Shown here one piece after another: positions 60,878 through 64,000 of a stretch of DNA of 64,000 nucleotides. This DNA is from Tubulanus polymorphus (lineage: Eukaryota > Animalia > Nemertea), in the NCBI RefSeq assembly GCF_964204645.1, contig NC_134030.1, positions 12,545,947 to 12,609,946 on the forward strand, given 5' to 3'. Position 1 is the first letter of the stretch. Each line of letters opens with the position of its first letter. The translations under genes were made by a program, and so were the position numbers. Below the pieces are notes generated by a model. The model did not search any database. It was not told the DNA's origin and worked only from the letters and a program-made list of their open reading frames with translations.

Positions 60878-61175
60878 AATTTGAACACAGGCACTCGGGC
60901 GCTATATCCCCTCCGAAAAATTTTCATTTCTGCATGGACCTTTTTATCATCAGGATGGTCTAGGGATTCAAAATCATTCAATCTTTTGACCAAATAGACT
61001 TACTTTTTCTATATATGTCAAAATTTTGATATTTTGGGCGCAGTGAGTGGTAGGTGGATATTTTACTGTATACGGCTGACTATTTATTTCTGCTATTTTA
61101 CCATACATTGTCGCTGATTGGCTGATTTACGCAGCACATGAGCACAGAGGTGCGCTAAATTCAAGGAAACTGTGG

Positions 61176-63440
61176 CAGTGCTTCATCTAGGCAAAAATAG
61201 AAGGGCGGGCCGCCCCGCCCCGAAAATAGCCGCCCTTGTGCCCTGCAGATGTGTCCCAGGCTCGCCCTTGTGCCCTCATCACTTGCCGTAGGTCTGCCCG
61301 CCTGCCCTCGTCAGTCACCGTTTCGTCAACAATACGATCCGCTTTTTAGTAGATTCCAACTTTTAGACGCTACCGCTGGCGCATGTGTAGCGCATTACTC
61401 GATGTGCGAGTAGCAGACGTCTCGATTAATGGTTTTTTCCGTAGAAAGCCTATTAGAATGCCGAATGAGAAGCGTAGGCTGGCAGAAAAGGAAAAGATTT
61501 TTAACTCTGAATCCAAGAAGCATAAAACGATTACTAGTTGGTTCAGCACAACGTGAGTAGGCCTATTAATTGTTATGTTGATGATTTCACGACGACGTAC
61601 CAACCATGCGATGATTCACCCGGTGGTTTAACAGGCGTATTTTCATACGGCCGTGGCTTATTGTGTACAATGACGTGTTACAATCGCTCTATTTGAATCT
61701 AGTACGGTCTTGAATACAATTCTGAGCGGTGGTAAAATGATTGACGTATTTTGTTAGGAGGATTGCACGTGGAGGATTGTTTTGTATAAGTGGGACTGGA
61801 GAGCGCGCAATGTTGCTAAAAATAGTGTACACACGGAGGCCACACGCCATGACTACAGCAGGCAATCCCTGCTGTATACTACAGAATAATATATACAACT
61901 AGTATTACATGCGTGCTTACACTATTGACAGCAGAGATGCGCGCGCTGTACGCGTATTTGATATAGCCTATTAATTCAAGGATAATAAATATTTTAAATT
62001 TCGAGTATAATAATAACATTTATGAATCATTAATTTGAATGAGGGGGCTATGAATTATTAAGGTGACTGATTAGAATAAAAAATCGCTATTTATTGAATA
62101 GTTTGTTTTGCATTGTCAGTTGTTAGTTATTATTCAGTTAGTGAATTATTTATTTTCTTCTCTCAGTCAAAAAAATCCAAATGACCCTCCCCCGGTCGGT
62201 GATGAAAGTCAACCTGGTTCTTCAGCATACGAACTCGACGATGTCGAATCACATTTTAGCGATGACGATGTCAGCGATGAAAATAACAATTTGATCAGTG
62301 ATAATGGTGTCGAAATTATCACAACACAGGAGAATCAAGAAAAGTCTAATGCTAAAGGTAGGCCTATCCATTAGAATTAATTTCGGTTATTTTCAATATG
62401 GCAGGTAGGTCCATGGTTTGACTGACACTGGAAAGTAAACTAAAAATATAGCTTGTCGTAGCCTATGGATGCCGTTTTACTATATCTTCTTTTACAGCTT
62501 ATGAAGGGCACCAGTGTGGGCCTTTTTAAAATTTTTGATATTTCTATAAGTCTGTTATCTTGTCAAAAATCTGCATGAGACTATTTATTAAATTTTTCAG
62601 GTCATGGTAAGCGTGCTGTAGGCTACAATGAATCATTGAAGAAGGAGAATCCTTGGGTGCGTGCTCATGTGTATACTGATCTAACCGAAGGAAAAACATA
62701 CACTGGGTTGATATGTGATATCTGTAAAAGAACCAACACGAAAGCGATGAATGGTAGCGACGTATGGTGTAACACCCCCTTTCGATGCCTTCGACTGGAT
62801 AAGGTTGTCCAACATTCTCGAAGTGAACAGCATAAACAAGCAATAGAGACAGATAAACAACGAGCGAACAATATGGACAAAATAGCGTCGGAAATGAATG
62901 AAGGAGAGGTGAAGGCCGTAGCTGATGCCATGCGCATCCTCCATTTTTGTGTTGTGAATCATATTGCATATACAACAAATCTCAAACCATTAGTGGACCT
63001 GTGTGTTGAACTCGGTGCTGATAATCTTCCAACTCTTAATAAAGCCAAGAACTGCCAGTATACAAGCCATACAATTATCCAGGAGATGCTAGATACAATA
63101 TCAGAGATTATCCAACACGATGTTCTAGATGAAGTCCGGCAATCCCCAGCTTTTGGTCTGATGTTAGACGAGTTGACAGATAGTAGCATCAAAAAACATC
63201 TTGCGTTAGCTGCTAAACATATGAATAAAAATGGTCAACCAACAATGTCATTCTTAGCAGATGAGGAACTTGTTGATGCCTTGGCAGACAGCCTGTTAAA
63301 GAAAGTTACTGGTTGTTTAAACAAATTAGATCTAGACATAACCAAAATGCACAGCATTGCCACTGATGGACCAAATGTGATGATGGGAGTTAGTAATGGC
63401 CTCCATAGAAAGCTCAGAGATATTCAACCCACTCTTCTCA
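61176..63440 (+). mobile_element. hAT DNA transposon, left end plus transposase; right end lost
   Basis: CAGTGCTT terminus followed by GC-rich subterminal repeats (GCCCTTGTGCCC x2), then the transposase. Confidence 0.6.
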
Positions 63441-63472
63441 CCCTCTCGACACTAACCCTATCGAAACCCTAA
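61458..63472 (+). pseudogene. Spliced hAT-type transposase (ZNF862/C17orf113-like), 3 exons 61458-61552, 62167-62357, 62601-63472; 385 aa, C-terminally truncated
   Basis: GT-AG joins keep frame. Zn-finger-like CDIC...HSRSEQH, FGLMLDELTD, IATDGPNVMMG motifs. ORF runs into (TAACCC)-like sequence where the HCxxH motif is expected. Confidence 0.8.
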
Positions 63473-64000
63473 CCCTAAACCCAATATAATGATTTTATTG
63501 TTACTTTTATTAGTTAATACTATATATTAGTAAAATATATATATAGTAAAAACGTTCGGTAAAATAGCGGAAGTAAATACTTTGCCGTATACGGTTAAAT
63601 ATCCACTTCGTATTTTGGGCCCTAAATCGCATGTAAATTCGCCGATGCGCGATGGCGATCGATGCCATAATGGTTGTCAATCAAAGTTTCTAACCTTCAC
63701 TGAAATGTCACGACAGAAAATTTGCAAAAACCATGTTTTCAAACATAACTATCTCTTAAAGTGATGCGTATGTTTGTATTATTTCAATGTGTTACTATTG
63801 ATTCAAAGATGTACTGGTTGAAGAAAAGTTACATGTCCAAAAACGATATTTTATCAATTCAATTCAATGTATTGTGACGTACTATTATTCCATCCAACTC
63901 TTAGGCACTGTCTATTTGTGAGACGTCTTTATTAATATAAAAGAAAAGGTAGTTGATGAACTGTGAGCGTATAAGAAAAACTTTCAGACAGCAACACTAG

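Noticed and set aside
63440-63485. Telomere or chromosome end
   Set aside because: Only a few degenerate TAACCC units with unique sequence beyond; better explained as MITE-internal motif.

Overview
AT-rich, repeat-dense eukaryotic (animal, probably invertebrate) genomic DNA; no prokaryotic features, rRNA or CRISPR. The backbone is one complete minus-strand gene, ASCC2, with 14 coding exons (54528->13225, 2241 nt, 746 aa, all exon phases consistent). It has one U12-type (minor spliceosome) intron and a 22-kb intron built largely from nested Helentron-associated (HINE/DINE-1-like) elements, a 31-bp satellite and a 3 x 2627-bp tandem triplication. Other contents: many MITEs, decayed hAT elements (one spliced, truncated hAT transposase facing away from ASCC2), LINE fragments (RTE, CR1/L2-like), tRNA-derived repeats and two Penelope-type minimal hammerhead ribozyme motifs. 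The most unusual signal is a recurrent TA->TAGGCCTA 6-bp micro-insertion, shown by comparing paralogous repeat copies and clustered near the ASCC2 5' region. All coordinates were read by eye; repeat boundaries are approximate to a few bp.
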